Positions 47,997-57,899 of a stretch of DNA of 64,000 nucleotides are shown here, in pieces. Under the pieces are notes generated by a model. That model had not been told where the DNA came from, searched no databases, and was given only the letters and a program-made list of their open reading frames with translations. The stretch is taken from positions 1,515 to 65,514 of IMG/VR virus record IMGVR_UViG_3300025005_000009; one strand, written 5' to 3'. Position numbers and translations under genes: made by a program. Origin of the DNA: a virus (Duplodnaviria > Caudoviricetes). Every line of letters begins with the position of its first letter. Position 1 is the first letter of the stretch.

Positions 47997-48236
47997 TTAT
48001 TTACAGTGTGCAGAAACGGCTTGAGTCCACACTAATCCACCTGATGGGTCTGTACAAACACTGACACCACCTTGCGGGTTCCATCCATCCAAGAGTTTGA
48101 GGTTGACCAACGCAACCAGTTCGCCTAAGGAACCTGCCACCATAATTTTGTATTCTGGATATTGAGATTGTGCCATTAGGACTCCCATCCTCTGTAACGG
48201 TTTTTCTTCAGTGCGTCTTCTCCATTCATCTTCCAA
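47997..48236 (-). CDS. DUF1737-like small protein
   Basis: 'LVNLKLLDGWNPQGGVSV...TQAV'; true start probably internal. Confidence 0.5.
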   Translation of the reverse strand: MEDEWRRRTEEKPLQRMGVLMAQSQYPEYKIMVAGSLGELVALVNLKLLDGWNPQGGVSVCTDPSGGLVWTQAVSAHCK

Positions 48237-48361
48237 TCGCGCCTACGGGCCTTACTGTTCTGCCTCTTCAAGTATCTCCGCATCGCTGGAGAGGCTGGAC
48301 AAAATGGGGGATTGTCCAACTGCTCTACCATCTTTTGTTTTCTCGCTTTGCGTTTCCCCAT
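48176..48361 (-). CDS. small basic protein
   Basis: 60 aa, Arg/Lys-rich. Confidence 0.45.
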   Translation of the reverse strand: MGKRKARKQKMVEQLDNPPFCPASPAMRRYLKRQNSKARRRDWKMNGEDALKKNRYRGWES

Positions 48362-48371
48362 TATCTTCTCC

Positions 48372-48635
48372 TTATCTCACTGGAGGTTCAACATCGAAAC
48401 CTGGATGTGTCCGTGCTGCAAGCATCACGGTAGGGACTTCTCCCTGTAATTGTGCCCGATCAACATCGAGCCAATACGTCGGAGCCTCTTTCGCTCCGGC
48501 AACGACACGGCCAACCAGGAGCACTTGATGACACCCTGTCAAATACTGCACCACTCCGGTTGCGACTCCACAAAACCCGGTCACCACATCCTCATATGTC
48601 CGACCTAGTTCAATCCCGCTGACGACATTATTCAT
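48372..48635 (-). CDS. conserved small phage protein
   Basis: IELGRTYEDVVTGFCGVATG..YLTGC motif; start reassigned. Confidence 0.6.
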   Translation of the reverse strand: MNNVVSGIELGRTYEDVVTGFCGVATGVVQYLTGCHQVLLVGRVVAGAKEAPTYWLDVDRAQLQGEVPTVMLAARTHPGFDVEPPVR

Positions 48636-49368
48636 GTTCTTCATGATCCTTCTGTGTTTGAATGTAGGTACAAAATTCACAATCCACGCTCGGCTTGGGT
48701 CGATACTGCATGGCTTCCATACTGACAGCAGGAAGCATGTTGGCAATCGTGTTCAGCCTTTCAATCGTGGCTTCCGGGTTGACGGTCATGGTCAGGATTT
48801 TATTCCCGAATTCCATTTTCCCGTTTTCGTCTACACCTTTCGGCCACCAATACCAGAGACGTGCCGTCTTCGAGACTTTCATCCCCTGCTGCTGCAGCAT
48901 GTACGCATACGTATCCAACGTATGCTGGTAATACTTTTCTCCATAATCCGCAGCGGGTTCATCCTTCTTCGTTTTAAAATCCAAAATCTCAACCTGATCA
49001 CAGTCATCATACAAGAGGTCATCGATCCCGCCAGTCACAATCAAGCTGTGTGAAATCTTCCGAGAGGGAAGATTTTTTGTGGGTCGATCCACTAACACAT
49101 CATGCGTACATCGGAGACCATTCCATTGTCGATACGTATTGATCAAGGTTTGATCCTCAACAAATCGTCGACCTTCCAAATGACTTAGTTCAGGGGGAAG
49201 TGTTCCCCGAAATCTGTCGGCATACTGCTTCAGAATTTCATCCATCCCATTCGGCAAGGTTGGATAAGGACCTCGTGGTCTTTTCAACTTCATGACCATC
49301 TGATCATAAGCGCAGCGTGGACATTGCCGTGCTGTATCCATCAGGGTTGGACTGAGAAATACTTTCAT
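48628..49368 (-). CDS. PD-(D/E)XK exonuclease (Cas4/RecB-like)
   Basis: CPRC, GGIDD, ILDFKT, YAY, C-terminal CEFC. Confidence 0.85.
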   Translation of the reverse strand: MKVFLSPTLMDTARQCPRCAYDQMVMKLKRPRGPYPTLPNGMDEILKQYADRFRGTLPPELSHLEGRRFVEDQTLINTYRQWNGLRCTHDVLVDRPTKNLPSRKISHSLIVTGGIDDLLYDDCDQVEILDFKTKKDEPAADYGEKYYQHTLDTYAYMLQQQGMKVSKTARLWYWWPKGVDENGKMEFGNKILTMTVNPEATIERLNTIANMLPAVSMEAMQYRPKPSVDCEFCTYIQTQKDHEEHE

Positions 49369-50825
49369 GAGAGTTCCTCCATTGGGTAATACTTCGTGGT
49401 CTGCGGTCGCACAATCTGCAACTCATGCCTCGCTCGTGTGGTTGCGACATACCACACACGATGTTCTTCGTCTCGATGCTTCTCCGTGCCTTGCGTAAAC
49501 TGCTTATACGTGGCTGCTGACATGTCCGTCATGAGAATGACTTTATCCCACTCTCCACCTTTCGATTGATGAATCGTCGTTACGATCACCGTTGGCTCAG
49601 CCAGCAGGTATGGGAGTCCATGCTTATCTTGTACATTCATGTAGACCGTCTTGAACGGGACCTCCAGAATGTTTTGCCAGGGGACAGTAGGGAATGGGCA
49701 TGGCATCGCCTTCGCCCTTCTGCCTGTCTCCAGGTATTTCGTCTTATCAAGGTCAATCGTATCCGGGATGTACTGCATGATCACTTTCATGGCATTCCCG
49801 AACACAGTTTCCCCGGATCTCCACTCTTCCCATAGCCTGATCGCCTTGAGGGGAGATTTCAAATAGAATGGCGACCCTTTGCCTCCGTACGTGACACCCC
49901 GCTCATCCAGTGCGGCTTTGATCCGATTGGCTAGGTAGCCATTTCTGTGCAAAATCACACAGGTATCATGAGACATCGTGTCGAGGACCGGGTCGAAATC
50001 ATTCGTCAACTTGACTCGGCTCTCCCCGGAACGAGGTTGATACTCTTTTTCCATCCTGGTCTTAATCCTCTTCAAGACCGTTTTAGAATAATCCAACACG
50101 TCTTTCCCGAGACGATGAGAATAATTCAATACCACCGTCTCTTGCGTTTTCCAGTTAATAAAGTCTTCAGCGTCTGTGCCAGCGAAGCTGTATATACACT
50201 GGTCATCGTCACCCACGGTATAATAGTACCTCGCTGATCCAAACATTTTATCCACGCAAGCCCACTGAAGGCGAGAGAGGTCTTGTGCTTCGTCCACCAA
50301 TGCCGCATCATAGTCAAGTGCATCTCCCTTTTTTAAATAATTCACCAGTACGTCGTTATAGTCCAAAAGGCTCTCACGGAACTTATAATGCTCAAACTCT
50401 TGTATATACGCTTCGATTGTCTGTAATGACAATCCCGGAGGCAGTGGAAGAATCCCTGGTCTCACCATCCGGCTCCGTGAGACTTGATAATAAGCTATCG
50501 AAAGTTCCAGCGGAGTTTTCGCCGACATGATATGTTGATCCTGCATCATGTTGCAGTGTTGGCCGATTGACTTCGCAAAATGGCGAAGTGTGTTCACCAT
50601 ATACCGTCTTGCATATTCCATGTACTCAAATAACTCACCGTGAATCGTGGCGAATGTCGTTCTCACATGAGACTTACATCTCCGCTTCGCATCGTCCTTT
50701 GCTGCAACGGTAAAGGAACAAAAGATAATTTTCTTGATCGTCTCATCATCCTGAAATTGCTTAATATATGACAAGACCGTCGTCGTCTTCCCCGTTCCCG
50801 GTGGACCTAAAATCTTTAAACGCAT
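49365..50825 (-). CDS. UvrD/Rep family SF1 helicase
   Basis: GPPGTGKTT, VDEAQDLS, VGDDDQCIY, TIHQSKGGEW, YVATTRAR. Confidence 0.92.
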   Translation of the reverse strand: MRLKILGPPGTGKTTTVLSYIKQFQDDETIKKIIFCSFTVAAKDDAKRRCKSHVRTTFATIHGELFEYMEYARRYMVNTLRHFAKSIGQHCNMMQDQHIMSAKTPLELSIAYYQVSRSRMVRPGILPLPPGLSLQTIEAYIQEFEHYKFRESLLDYNDVLVNYLKKGDALDYDAALVDEAQDLSRLQWACVDKMFGSARYYYTVGDDDQCIYSFAGTDAEDFINWKTQETVVLNYSHRLGKDVLDYSKTVLKRIKTRMEKEYQPRSGESRVKLTNDFDPVLDTMSHDTCVILHRNGYLANRIKAALDERGVTYGGKGSPFYLKSPLKAIRLWEEWRSGETVFGNAMKVIMQYIPDTIDLDKTKYLETGRRAKAMPCPFPTVPWQNILEVPFKTVYMNVQDKHGLPYLLAEPTVIVTTIHQSKGGEWDKVILMTDMSAATYKQFTQGTEKHRDEEHRVWYVATTRARHELQIVRPQTTKYYPMEELS

Positions 50826-51081
50826 TGGGGTAGTCTCTCAATAGCTTGTGAATTTTCCGATGGTGACCAAGCAAGAGGAACGCAAGCCCCTCTTGCTCGA
50901 TAGGATCTTCTATGACCGTCTTCGCAATCCTCTGAGCGAGAGGCTCAGAGGGTCTACGATGGTCGTGAATAATCAGATTCACCATGAATCGAGAACATCC
51001 AACTGTCTTTGCGAGATTACTCTGAGATATCCTTGCCCTCATCATATACATGTTCAACAACTGTCCGACTGAGAGCTTCAT
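50761..51081 (-). CDS. XRE-family HTH regulator
   Basis: ISQSNLAKTVGCSRFMVNLI. Confidence 0.75.
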   Translation of the reverse strand: MKLSVGQLLNMYMMRARISQSNLAKTVGCSRFMVNLIIHDHRRPSEPLAQRIAKTVIEDPIEQEGLAFLLLGHHRKIHKLLRDYPNAFKDFRSTGNGEDDDGLVIY

Positions 51082-52687
51082 CGACTGTTTCTCCTGTGGG
51101 TTCGTCAGTGAACTTTGGTTGAAGACCTGGATAAAATTTAAACCACGCCCGTTTCACCACGCCGCCGAATCGCCCAATCTTACTCTCCCAACCACTCTGT
51201 TTCAGTAAGAGAGCTAACCGGGCCACAGGGATATTATTGATTTTCATCCCCATGAGGTATTCGCGAATTGATTTCGTGGTAATGTAGGCCACACTGCCTT
51301 TCTCTTCTTCATCCCACTTCAGATACGCACACTGTGAATCAAGCATGCGTTCATTCGCCGATCCGTTATTCACAAACTCTGCGATCATCTCAGTCATCAA
51401 CTGCAGATCCCCGGAGTCTTCTGAGACCTCAACTACCTCAGCGTTATCGATAAGACTTTTCAATTTGATCTCCCAAATATCCGGTTTGATATTTGGTGGA
51501 ACCATCATCAAGTGCTCCAAGAGATACTTCCTCAACTGTGCATAGCACAAGAGTTCTGCGGAATTGACGTTGATAATCCGGTGTGCGACTTTTAAGCCCC
51601 ATGTTACCGGGTCCGTCAGATATTTAATCAATCCATCGATGGGGATCTCAATCCTTGCGGCTTTATCCCTCAACCGCTCTTCTGCAGTTTTGATCCCGTA
51701 AAGCCTGGTCTTACAGAGTTCGGCTTCGCACACACTTTTAATTGGATCATCCTTACACTTGTACTGATAATCCTTCCTACCTACTGACTTGCTGATCGTG
51801 TCCAGTTCCTTTGCAGATAATGGCTGATCCAGGTATTTTAGATTGTACGCCTGCAGAAGATCTTTCCAAGTATCAGGTTCTGCTTTTTTAAAGTAGACGC
51901 CAACATTATACATACCGAGGTTGCGATGTCCTGGAGGTATCCCCTGCTGCTGCAGGGTTTCAAGACAAGGCGGACCTTGCTCAAATCCCACGGTTCGCAA
52001 GGCAATGGGAAGCGGTGTTTTTTCATCCCACTGTTCAACCGTACTGACAAACTCTTGAATCCCGACGAATCGACCGTCCGGTGTGACATGTTGTCCTTTA
52101 TGATCATCAGGGGAAACACCTTTTGCGAACGTATTGAAAAATGGAAGGTTAATAAAATTCCCGACAGATCCGGGTTGATCAATATCTTTCTGCTTTGGAA
52201 AGATTTCGTGACCGGCATAACCAAGCGCCACTGACCAATCAGTCATACGCTTCATCACAGGTCCGGCAGGTTTGCCCTGCCCACTGATAAACAGGAATGC
52301 ATGAGCGTCTCCAGATCGAGACACGAACACATGCAGAGGAAGTCCGAGATTTTTAATCTTCTTGACAAGAGCAAGATGATCAATTCCCTTTTGGTCAATA
52401 TCGATAGCTGCGAAATTGACATTTCCTGATGCTTGAATCGGGATGAGGCCCAGGCCAAGCACTTTGTTAAAGTGTGCGTGGAAATGGTCATCCGTCAATG
52501 GGAGAGGGGGAAGATTGCTTCCTCCCTCATCCTTCAAGAATTTTCCATCTGGTCCCCTCGCACCTTCGACCCACTGTGAATTGGTCTTGAAGTCCCGGCA
52601 TCCGTACCAGTCGGTACGTCCGTGAAACAGCTCACGAAATCTCTCCAGAGTCTTTTGATCGACTCTTTCAAGATTAGGCATCGGCAA
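51017..52687 (-). CDS. primase (AEP-like domain plus PriCT)
   Basis: AIDID, SRSGDAH, EIFPKQ, NFINLPF; GPPCLE...GHRNLGMYN PriCT motif; no P-loop. Confidence 0.8.
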   Translation of the reverse strand: MPMPNLERVDQKTLERFRELFHGRTDWYGCRDFKTNSQWVEGARGPDGKFLKDEGGSNLPPLPLTDDHFHAHFNKVLGLGLIPIQASGNVNFAAIDIDQKGIDHLALVKKIKNLGLPLHVFVSRSGDAHAFLFISGQGKPAGPVMKRMTDWSVALGYAGHEIFPKQKDIDQPGSVGNFINLPFFNTFAKGVSPDDHKGQHVTPDGRFVGIQEFVSTVEQWDEKTPLPIALRTVGFEQGPPCLETLQQQGIPPGHRNLGMYNVGVYFKKAEPDTWKDLLQAYNLKYLDQPLSAKELDTISKSVGRKDYQYKCKDDPIKSVCEAELCKTRLYGIKTAEERLRDKAARIEIPIDGLIKYLTDPVTWGLKVAHRIINVNSAELLCYAQLRKYLLEHLMMVPPNIKPDIWEIKLKSLIDNAEVVEVSEDSGDLQLMTEMIAEFVNNGSANERMLDSQCAYLKWDEEEKGSVAYITTKSIREYLMGMKINNIPVARLALLLKQSGWESKIGRFGGVVKRAWFKFYPGLQPKFTDEPTGETVDEALSRTVVEHVYDEGKDISE

Positions 52688-53456
52688 CCTCCGCAGTTCC
52701 AGTGATTTTCACTTCGGCATCTTTGAATGACTTGTGTGTCTTCCGGGTAAACGCCCGAAGCTTTTTGTCTTCTTCGGTCTTGCTGGGAATCGATCCCGCA
52801 TTGTTGACACCCCAGGCATAGAACGCTCCGGCATCGCCTTCTTTGGCTGACGCGTTCAACGTGTAGTACCCGTATTCCATCGGCATCTGTACGATATCGC
52901 CCTTGGCAGTTTTCACCTTCCGGGCTTCAATCATGTTGAGCCATTTTTTCGCAGTCCCTGTGGACGTGGACTTCATGGACACTGAAGCCAATTCCGGCAC
53001 ACCATTTTCATCAAAGACGAGAACGGCGAAATTGCGAAATTCTGTACACGCAAAACCTTTGTCATTTTTCCCGGTTCCCCACTTCGAGAATTCACAGGAT
53101 TCGCAGGAGTCAGGGGAAATCGTCCCGCCTGAGATTCCATCCGGGGATGAGCATTCAATTTTAAATTCCTTGTCGAACAAGATCCGGTTTTTCGAATACC
53201 AGACCGGAACCACCTTCACCGATTCACCATAGATCTTCCCGGTAACTGTGTTGAAAATGTCCCCTTGGCTGAGACCCTTGATGTACTTGTCGTGGCCCTT
53301 CATGACCTGTTTACTGGTCCCTGCCGCGATCTGCAAGCGAGGAACGATGTTATCTTCAGCGGTCATGTTCTCAAGTCCGGTTCCGCCTTCTTCCCCTTCG
53401 TCAAGGACCATCAATTCCGTCTCATCAGTGTTCAGCACGGTTAATTCTTTACTCAT
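52674..53456 (-). CDS. putative ssDNA-binding protein
   Basis: Position in replication module; acidic; 'IVPRLQI...GDIFNTVTG' family-like motif. Confidence 0.45.
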   Translation of the reverse strand: MSKELTVLNTDETELMVLDEGEEGGTGLENMTAEDNIVPRLQIAAGTSKQVMKGHDKYIKGLSQGDIFNTVTGKIYGESVKVVPVWYSKNRILFDKEFKIECSSPDGISGGTISPDSCESCEFSKWGTGKNDKGFACTEFRNFAVLVFDENGVPELASVSMKSTSTGTAKKWLNMIEARKVKTAKGDIVQMPMEYGYYTLNASAKEGDAGAFYAWGVNNAGSIPSKTEEDKKLRAFTRKTHKSFKDAEVKITGTAEVADA

Positions 53457-53940
53457 CAGATTCCTCCTTGGTGGTTGATTGACTCGCCCGTATCCGGGAC
53501 TTCGTGAAAATTTCTACGCTCTCTGGTAAGGCAGCACCCTCTGTCAGAAGGTCTTTGATGAGTGTCGTCAATGATTTATTATTGACGGCTTCCTTCACCA
53601 TGTCGATGACGCCATTCTCTAAGGCCCAGGCTTTAAATTCCTCCAGGTCTTTGATCGTCGTATAAATGTCATCGATCCGGGATAAGGTCCCTACTGAATC
53701 TCGCTTGATTTGCTGCGTGTTCCCGTTGGCTTCCCATCGCTTCAGAAGTACCGCTGTAGACGCGTCAAGATTGATCTGGTTATCTTTCTTCGCCGCTTCC
53801 AAGGTCTTCCGTTTCTGATCAAACTCCGAGACCATCGTCTCCAATTCGTCGGTCGTCTTGAGTTCATACTCTGAGACTTTATCGTGCAAGGCAAATTCCC
53901 GAGCTGGGTATTTTCCTCGTAGATGCGACCATTTTCCCAT
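53449..53940 (-). CDS. replication-module hypothetical protein
   Basis: Coiled coil then 'NNKSLTTLIKD...LPESVEIF'. Confidence 0.5.
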   Translation of the reverse strand: MGKWSHLRGKYPAREFALHDKVSEYELKTTDELETMVSEFDQKRKTLEAAKKDNQINLDASTAVLLKRWEANGNTQQIKRDSVGTLSRIDDIYTTIKDLEEFKAWALENGVIDMVKEAVNNKSLTTLIKDLLTEGAALPESVEIFTKSRIRASQSTTKEESDE

Positions 53941-53951
53941 GGCGTGCCTTT

Positions 53952-55412
53952 CTACAGTGTCGCCAAGAATGCTTCAAGGTCAGGTTGTGTTTTAATCAAC
54001 AGCTGAGCCAATGATTCTTTCTTGTACACATTGTCTAAAATTTTGTGATCCACTGTGCGAATACCTTTGTTGGTCGACAAGAGGTCGACGTATGTCACAG
54101 ATTTGTACTGCCCCATTCTGTGTGCTCGATCCTCAGCCTGTGCTCGGTAATCCCATCCATCGGCATTGCTGAAGAACACCACGAGGTCAGCCGCTGTGAG
54201 ATTGATTCCGATACCGCCTGTCAACTGCTGACAGAGCACAACCTTTCGCTCTCCGGCCTGAAACCCGTCAATGATGCCCTTTCGTAATTTAATAGGAACT
54301 TCACCATGTAATTCGTAGTATGGAATCTCCGCTTTGTTGAACCCTTCAATCAGCATGTGGCACTCTGCATGCTGCTGAAAGAAAATAATTGTCGACCCTT
54401 CATGCATGCTGACCAACTCAACGGCTTCCTGGACCTTCGGAGATTTCAATGTGGTAATCACATCGTTTCCGTCTTCGTCCTTCGACCGGATAAACCCGGC
54501 TGAGATTTGTGAAAGTCTGAGCTGAACCGTCAGTGCGATAGAAGCTGTGATCTTTTGACCACCAAATTCGGCGACCAATTTTTCCTTCATCTGCTTGTAC
54601 AGCTTCTGCTGATCCTCATTCATCGGAACCTCGCGCCTGGTGTAGACCTTCGGAGGAAGATCCATACAGGTTTTCTTTTCGACTCTTCGATAGAACGGCG
54701 AAATACGCTGCAGGATCTTATCGATGTTCTTGTACTCCTTTACATCAACCGGTTTTCCGTTAACCTTATATCCATACGGATCAAACACGACAATGTCTTG
54801 TTTGTAGGACGTGAAATTCCTATACCCAAGAATCTCCCAATCCAGGAACCGGTATTGAGCGTAGATATCCAAGGGACATTTCGTGACCGGGGTTCCTGAC
54901 ATAATATACCGACGCTTCGCAAACTCCCCAAGTCGGATACACCCTCTGGTTCGATTACTCCCCGGATTTTTAATCCAGTGGGCTTCGTCAAGTGCCATAG
55001 CTGCTTTAAACAGCTTGAGGAAATTTCTGAGCCAGAGTTCGGTTTTCGTTCTCCACACAATGTCATAATTGACCACTACCCATTGTAATTGGCCTTTGCC
55101 GAGTTTGTCAAGTGGGAACAACTTCTGACCAGCAGAAAGTTCATACACGCTGTGATCGATGCAGTCCCAACCGTGTTTCGCAATTTCCCCTTTTAAGGGA
55201 TCTGGATCGGTCCAGTTTGATTTCACCGTGTTCGGACACACAATCACGGCAGCGTTGATCTTTCCTTCCAAGGCCAGGATACAAATCGCATCGATCAAAG
55301 TTTTGCTCTTACCTGTACCCATGTCATCGAATAACCCGAACACAGGGGACTCAACTAAGAGAGGCGTCCCGGTCTTCTGGTGCTCCAGCTGAGCAGTTTT
55401 GCAACTCATCAT
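53952..55412 (-). CDS. SNF2/SF2 DEAD-like helicase
   Basis: DDMGTGKSK, LDEAH, MSGTP, TGGIGINL, QAEDRAHRMGQ. Confidence 0.92.
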   Translation of the reverse strand: MMSCKTAQLEHQKTGTPLLVESPVFGLFDDMGTGKSKTLIDAICILALEGKINAAVIVCPNTVKSNWTDPDPLKGEIAKHGWDCIDHSVYELSAGQKLFPLDKLGKGQLQWVVVNYDIVWRTKTELWLRNFLKLFKAAMALDEAHWIKNPGSNRTRGCIRLGEFAKRRYIMSGTPVTKCPLDIYAQYRFLDWEILGYRNFTSYKQDIVVFDPYGYKVNGKPVDVKEYKNIDKILQRISPFYRRVEKKTCMDLPPKVYTRREVPMNEDQQKLYKQMKEKLVAEFGGQKITASIALTVQLRLSQISAGFIRSKDEDGNDVITTLKSPKVQEAVELVSMHEGSTIIFFQQHAECHMLIEGFNKAEIPYYELHGEVPIKLRKGIIDGFQAGERKVVLCQQLTGGIGINLTAADLVVFFSNADGWDYRAQAEDRAHRMGQYKSVTYVDLLSTNKGIRTVDHKILDNVYKKESLAQLLIKTQPDLEAFLATL

Positions 55413-55707
55413 TGTTGATTAAATTCCTCCTGTATGTTCGTTTCGCATGGCAGTTTGCACACACGAGTTCACATTTGGCAATCTCTCGGTTAATTCGATC
55501 CATGCTGCAAACACTGTCTCCGGCTCTCCAGAGGTCAAATTCTTTCATTCCCCGGACATGATCAAACTGCATCACATAAAACGGATACCTCACCCCACAA
55601 TCCTGACAGGGTTGCGAGGATTTGATATCAATCACATAGTTTTTAATTTTCTGCCGGTACTGGCGCTTCTTCAACTTTCGTTGGGACTGGCTTTGGTTGT
55701 TCTTCAT
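55351..55707 (-). CDS. HNH-like zinc-finger endonuclease
   Basis: PCQDC...FDH...EIAKCELVCANCHAKRT. Confidence 0.8.
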   Translation of the reverse strand: MKNNQSQSQRKLKKRQYRQKIKNYVIDIKSSQPCQDCGVRYPFYVMQFDHVRGMKEFDLWRAGDSVCSMDRINREIAKCELVCANCHAKRTYRRNLINNDELQNCSAGAPEDRDASLS

Positions 55708-55993
55708 AAGGCCGATAAATACCTATTGCGAAGGTTTTTGCCAGGAAGAATTTTGCATCGGTCCAGCTGTATGATTTGTGCTTCGACATGGTTTCCTTGA
55801 TCATGTCCTTTTGGAACCTAAATCCAATCGGAAGCCTCAAGCCAACCCGTTCACGAAGTAACCCGCCGATGACAGTCGGGCGCATCGATTCGGTCCACTT
55901 CTTAATCTTCCCGGCTCGTGTGGAGACCAGGACTTGTGCTTTTGGATGACGCTCATCGTGTGTAAATTCGACTCCAACGTACGTGTGCCTCAT
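55643..55993 (-). CDS. hypothetical protein
   Basis: 116-aa ORF. Confidence 0.5.
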   Translation of the reverse strand: MRHTYVGVEFTHDERHPKAQVLVSTRAGKIKKWTESMRPTVIGGLLRERVGLRLPIGFRFQKDMIKETMSKHKSYSWTDAKFFLAKTFAIGIYRPYEEQPKPVPTKVEEAPVPAEN

Positions 55994-56226
55994 AACATTC
56001 TCCTTGCTTGTGATTGTGGCAGCGCAATTTCTAGCACTTCCTCCGTATTCACAAAGGAAGAAAAGTCTTCAACGTACTCATCATTGATGGTTTCAATGTA
56101 GGATTTCTTCACCCATTTTCGCATGTCTTCATCAGGGGAATCATACCAATCTTCGTATGTTCCGTAGGGTTCGATCAAAACTTTCTCTTCGGTTTCTTCG
56201 AGAATTCGACCCATTAAAATTACCAC
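55990..56226 (-). CDS. hypothetical acidic protein
   Basis: 78-aa ORF, coupled. Confidence 0.45.
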   Translation of the reverse strand: MVILMGRILEETEEKVLIEPYGTYEDWYDSPDEDMRKWVKKSYIETINDEYVEDFSSFVNTEEVLEIALPQSQARRML

Positions 56227-56508
56227 GTTCGACCCTTTCTAAATGGCTCATCTTCAGGGGTTGCAACAGCGCAAAAGATGGTATCTTTGCATTCGCAGTA
56301 CGCTTCCCACTGATTTCGTTTACTATTAAAATTCCATGTCATATAGTGGACAATCTGCCTTGGCCTTTGTATTGGTTGTCCTTCGCTGTGGTCGATGAGC
56401 CTTCTCGCAATGAGTGTGCCGGGCAATTCGATGTGACGATGCACAAGGAGTTTTTGATCCGGCTTTTTCTCGACCAGTTTGAAAATTGACATCTGCCGTT
56501 CTTTCCTT

Positions 56509-56778
56509 TCACTTGTCGAAGGTAAAAATTTCAATCGCGTCGATATCGTACCCTTGGCTTTGCAAGTGAACACTAATTAACTGAACCTGAGGCTGACAGG
56601 GGGCAGGAATCCCCTCTAGATAGATCAACCATGCGGCATCGCCGGATAGACTGACCGTATACTTAATGTCTCCAACCTCGGCGAGTTGAGGTGTCATCCC
56701 TGCTGTGTAAAGTGACAGTAGGGCATTTTCGACATCGTTTTTCAAGGCTTCAAAACTTTCAACACTTGGTATCGTCAT
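56509..56778 (-). CDS. hypothetical protein
   Basis: 89-aa ORF with GAGGA SD. Confidence 0.55.
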   Translation of the reverse strand: MTIPSVESFEALKNDVENALLSLYTAGMTPQLAEVGDIKYTVSLSGDAAWLIYLEGIPAPCQPQVQLISVHLQSQGYDIDAIEIFTFDK

Positions 56779-56796
56779 CGCTCATTCCTCGCAATC

Positions 56797-57372
56797 TTAC
56801 ATTATAACACGTTGTGGATAGTCCTGCAATAGAGGCATTTGCCTAAGAACTTCTACTGATACTGGTTGATATCCCCATACATCGCAACCAACATTGATCT
56901 GATTCGCCCGTTGTACCCAGGTCTCGTGAACATGTCCATGCAGCAACCGAACATCGTCACGTCGTGGGCAGGCATGGCACACCAGGTATTCCCGGTGATC
57001 GTACTCATATAGCGACTCCCTCCAGGGAAGATGGGTCATCACAAAATCGGCGTTGTAAGGAATCACCTTACCGTGACGTGGGTCGTGAACCTCATCAAAC
57101 AGTTGTCCCCACCACTCAACGGACTTGTTCGTATCGTGGTTTCCAATCACCAGGACCTTGCGACCATGGAGCCTGCTGACATACTCCAGTGTTTTGGTCT
57201 TAGAGGCAAACGAGATGTCGCCTAGGAAGTATGTCGTATCATCTGGCGTCACCACTCCATTGAACAAGAGAATAAGTCCCTCATTCATTTCATCGACCGT
57301 ATTCCATGGACGGTTGCAGAACGAGAGAATGTTCTTATGTCCGAAATGCAAGTCTGCTGTAAAGAAATCCAT
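56797..57372 (-). CDS. calcineurin-like metallophosphoesterase
   Basis: DLHFGH, LGD, GNHD, TH, HGHVH; start reassigned to MDFFT. Confidence 0.9.
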   Translation of the reverse strand: MDFFTADLHFGHKNILSFCNRPWNTVDEMNEGLILLFNGVVTPDDTTYFLGDISFASKTKTLEYVSRLHGRKVLVIGNHDTNKSVEWWGQLFDEVHDPRHGKVIPYNADFVMTHLPWRESLYEYDHREYLVCHACPRRDDVRLLHGHVHETWVQRANQINVGCDVWGYQPVSVEVLRQMPLLQDYPQRVIM

Positions 57373-57385
57373 GAAATCTTTCTCC

Positions 57386-57886
57386 TTAGTCGTGATAACA
57401 CTCTTCTGATTCAAGGCCTTCTTTTGAAGCCGTGATTGTATATCCATCACCAAATACCTGCTGAACAACGTCCTCCAAATAGACGACTTCGCGGAACGCT
57501 TTCATCGCGTCATTGACCATCTTTAACCCTTCAGGGTCCTTCTTAGAGTCGTGGCCATAGAAACCTCCATCGGTCCACAATGCACCTTCCGGGTACTGTC
57601 CATCATCGCCTTCCTCTGCTGCAGGGTCTTCCTCATTAAACAACACTGGATGAGCCTTGCCAAATTCAGAGGTAAGTTTTATATGCTCAGAAGTCACATG
57701 AAAGACACAAGGATTTCCGTCGTTGAATGAGGGAGTATACTGTGTCCATCGAACTTTGTCAACGTACGGAAATTTCTCAAAGAAATCTTTGAAGAAATCT
57801 ACAAAGACTTCCGTCCCGAATTCCTGGATCTTTTTTTCGTACATGTCTTTCAAGTCAGTAAATTCTTTGAACAATTCTTTTCCCAT
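57386..57886 (-). CDS. conserved acidic phage protein (partner of DUF6915-like gene)
   Basis: 'FFEKFP...VRWTQYTPSFNDGNPCVF' motif. Confidence 0.65.
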   Translation of the reverse strand: MGKELFKEFTDLKDMYEKKIQEFGTEVFVDFFKDFFEKFPYVDKVRWTQYTPSFNDGNPCVFHVTSEHIKLTSEFGKAHPVLFNEEDPAAEEGDDGQYPEGALWTDGGFYGHDSKKDPEGLKMVNDAMKAFREVVYLEDVVQQVFGDGYTITASKEGLESEECYHD

Positions 57887-57899
57887 CGAAACTTTCTCC

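Noticed and set aside
48628-49368. Cas4 as part of a CRISPR system
   Set aside because: No cas1/cas2 or array; typical phage replication-module exonuclease.
50761-51081. XRE protein as lysogeny repressor
   Set aside because: No integrase or divergent cI/cro arrangement in the window; it lies within the replication operon.
55711-55718. Plus-strand GCCGATAA as a sixth sigma28 promoter
   Set aside because: No TCAAG box at the 11-nt spacing and it is antisense within coding sequence.
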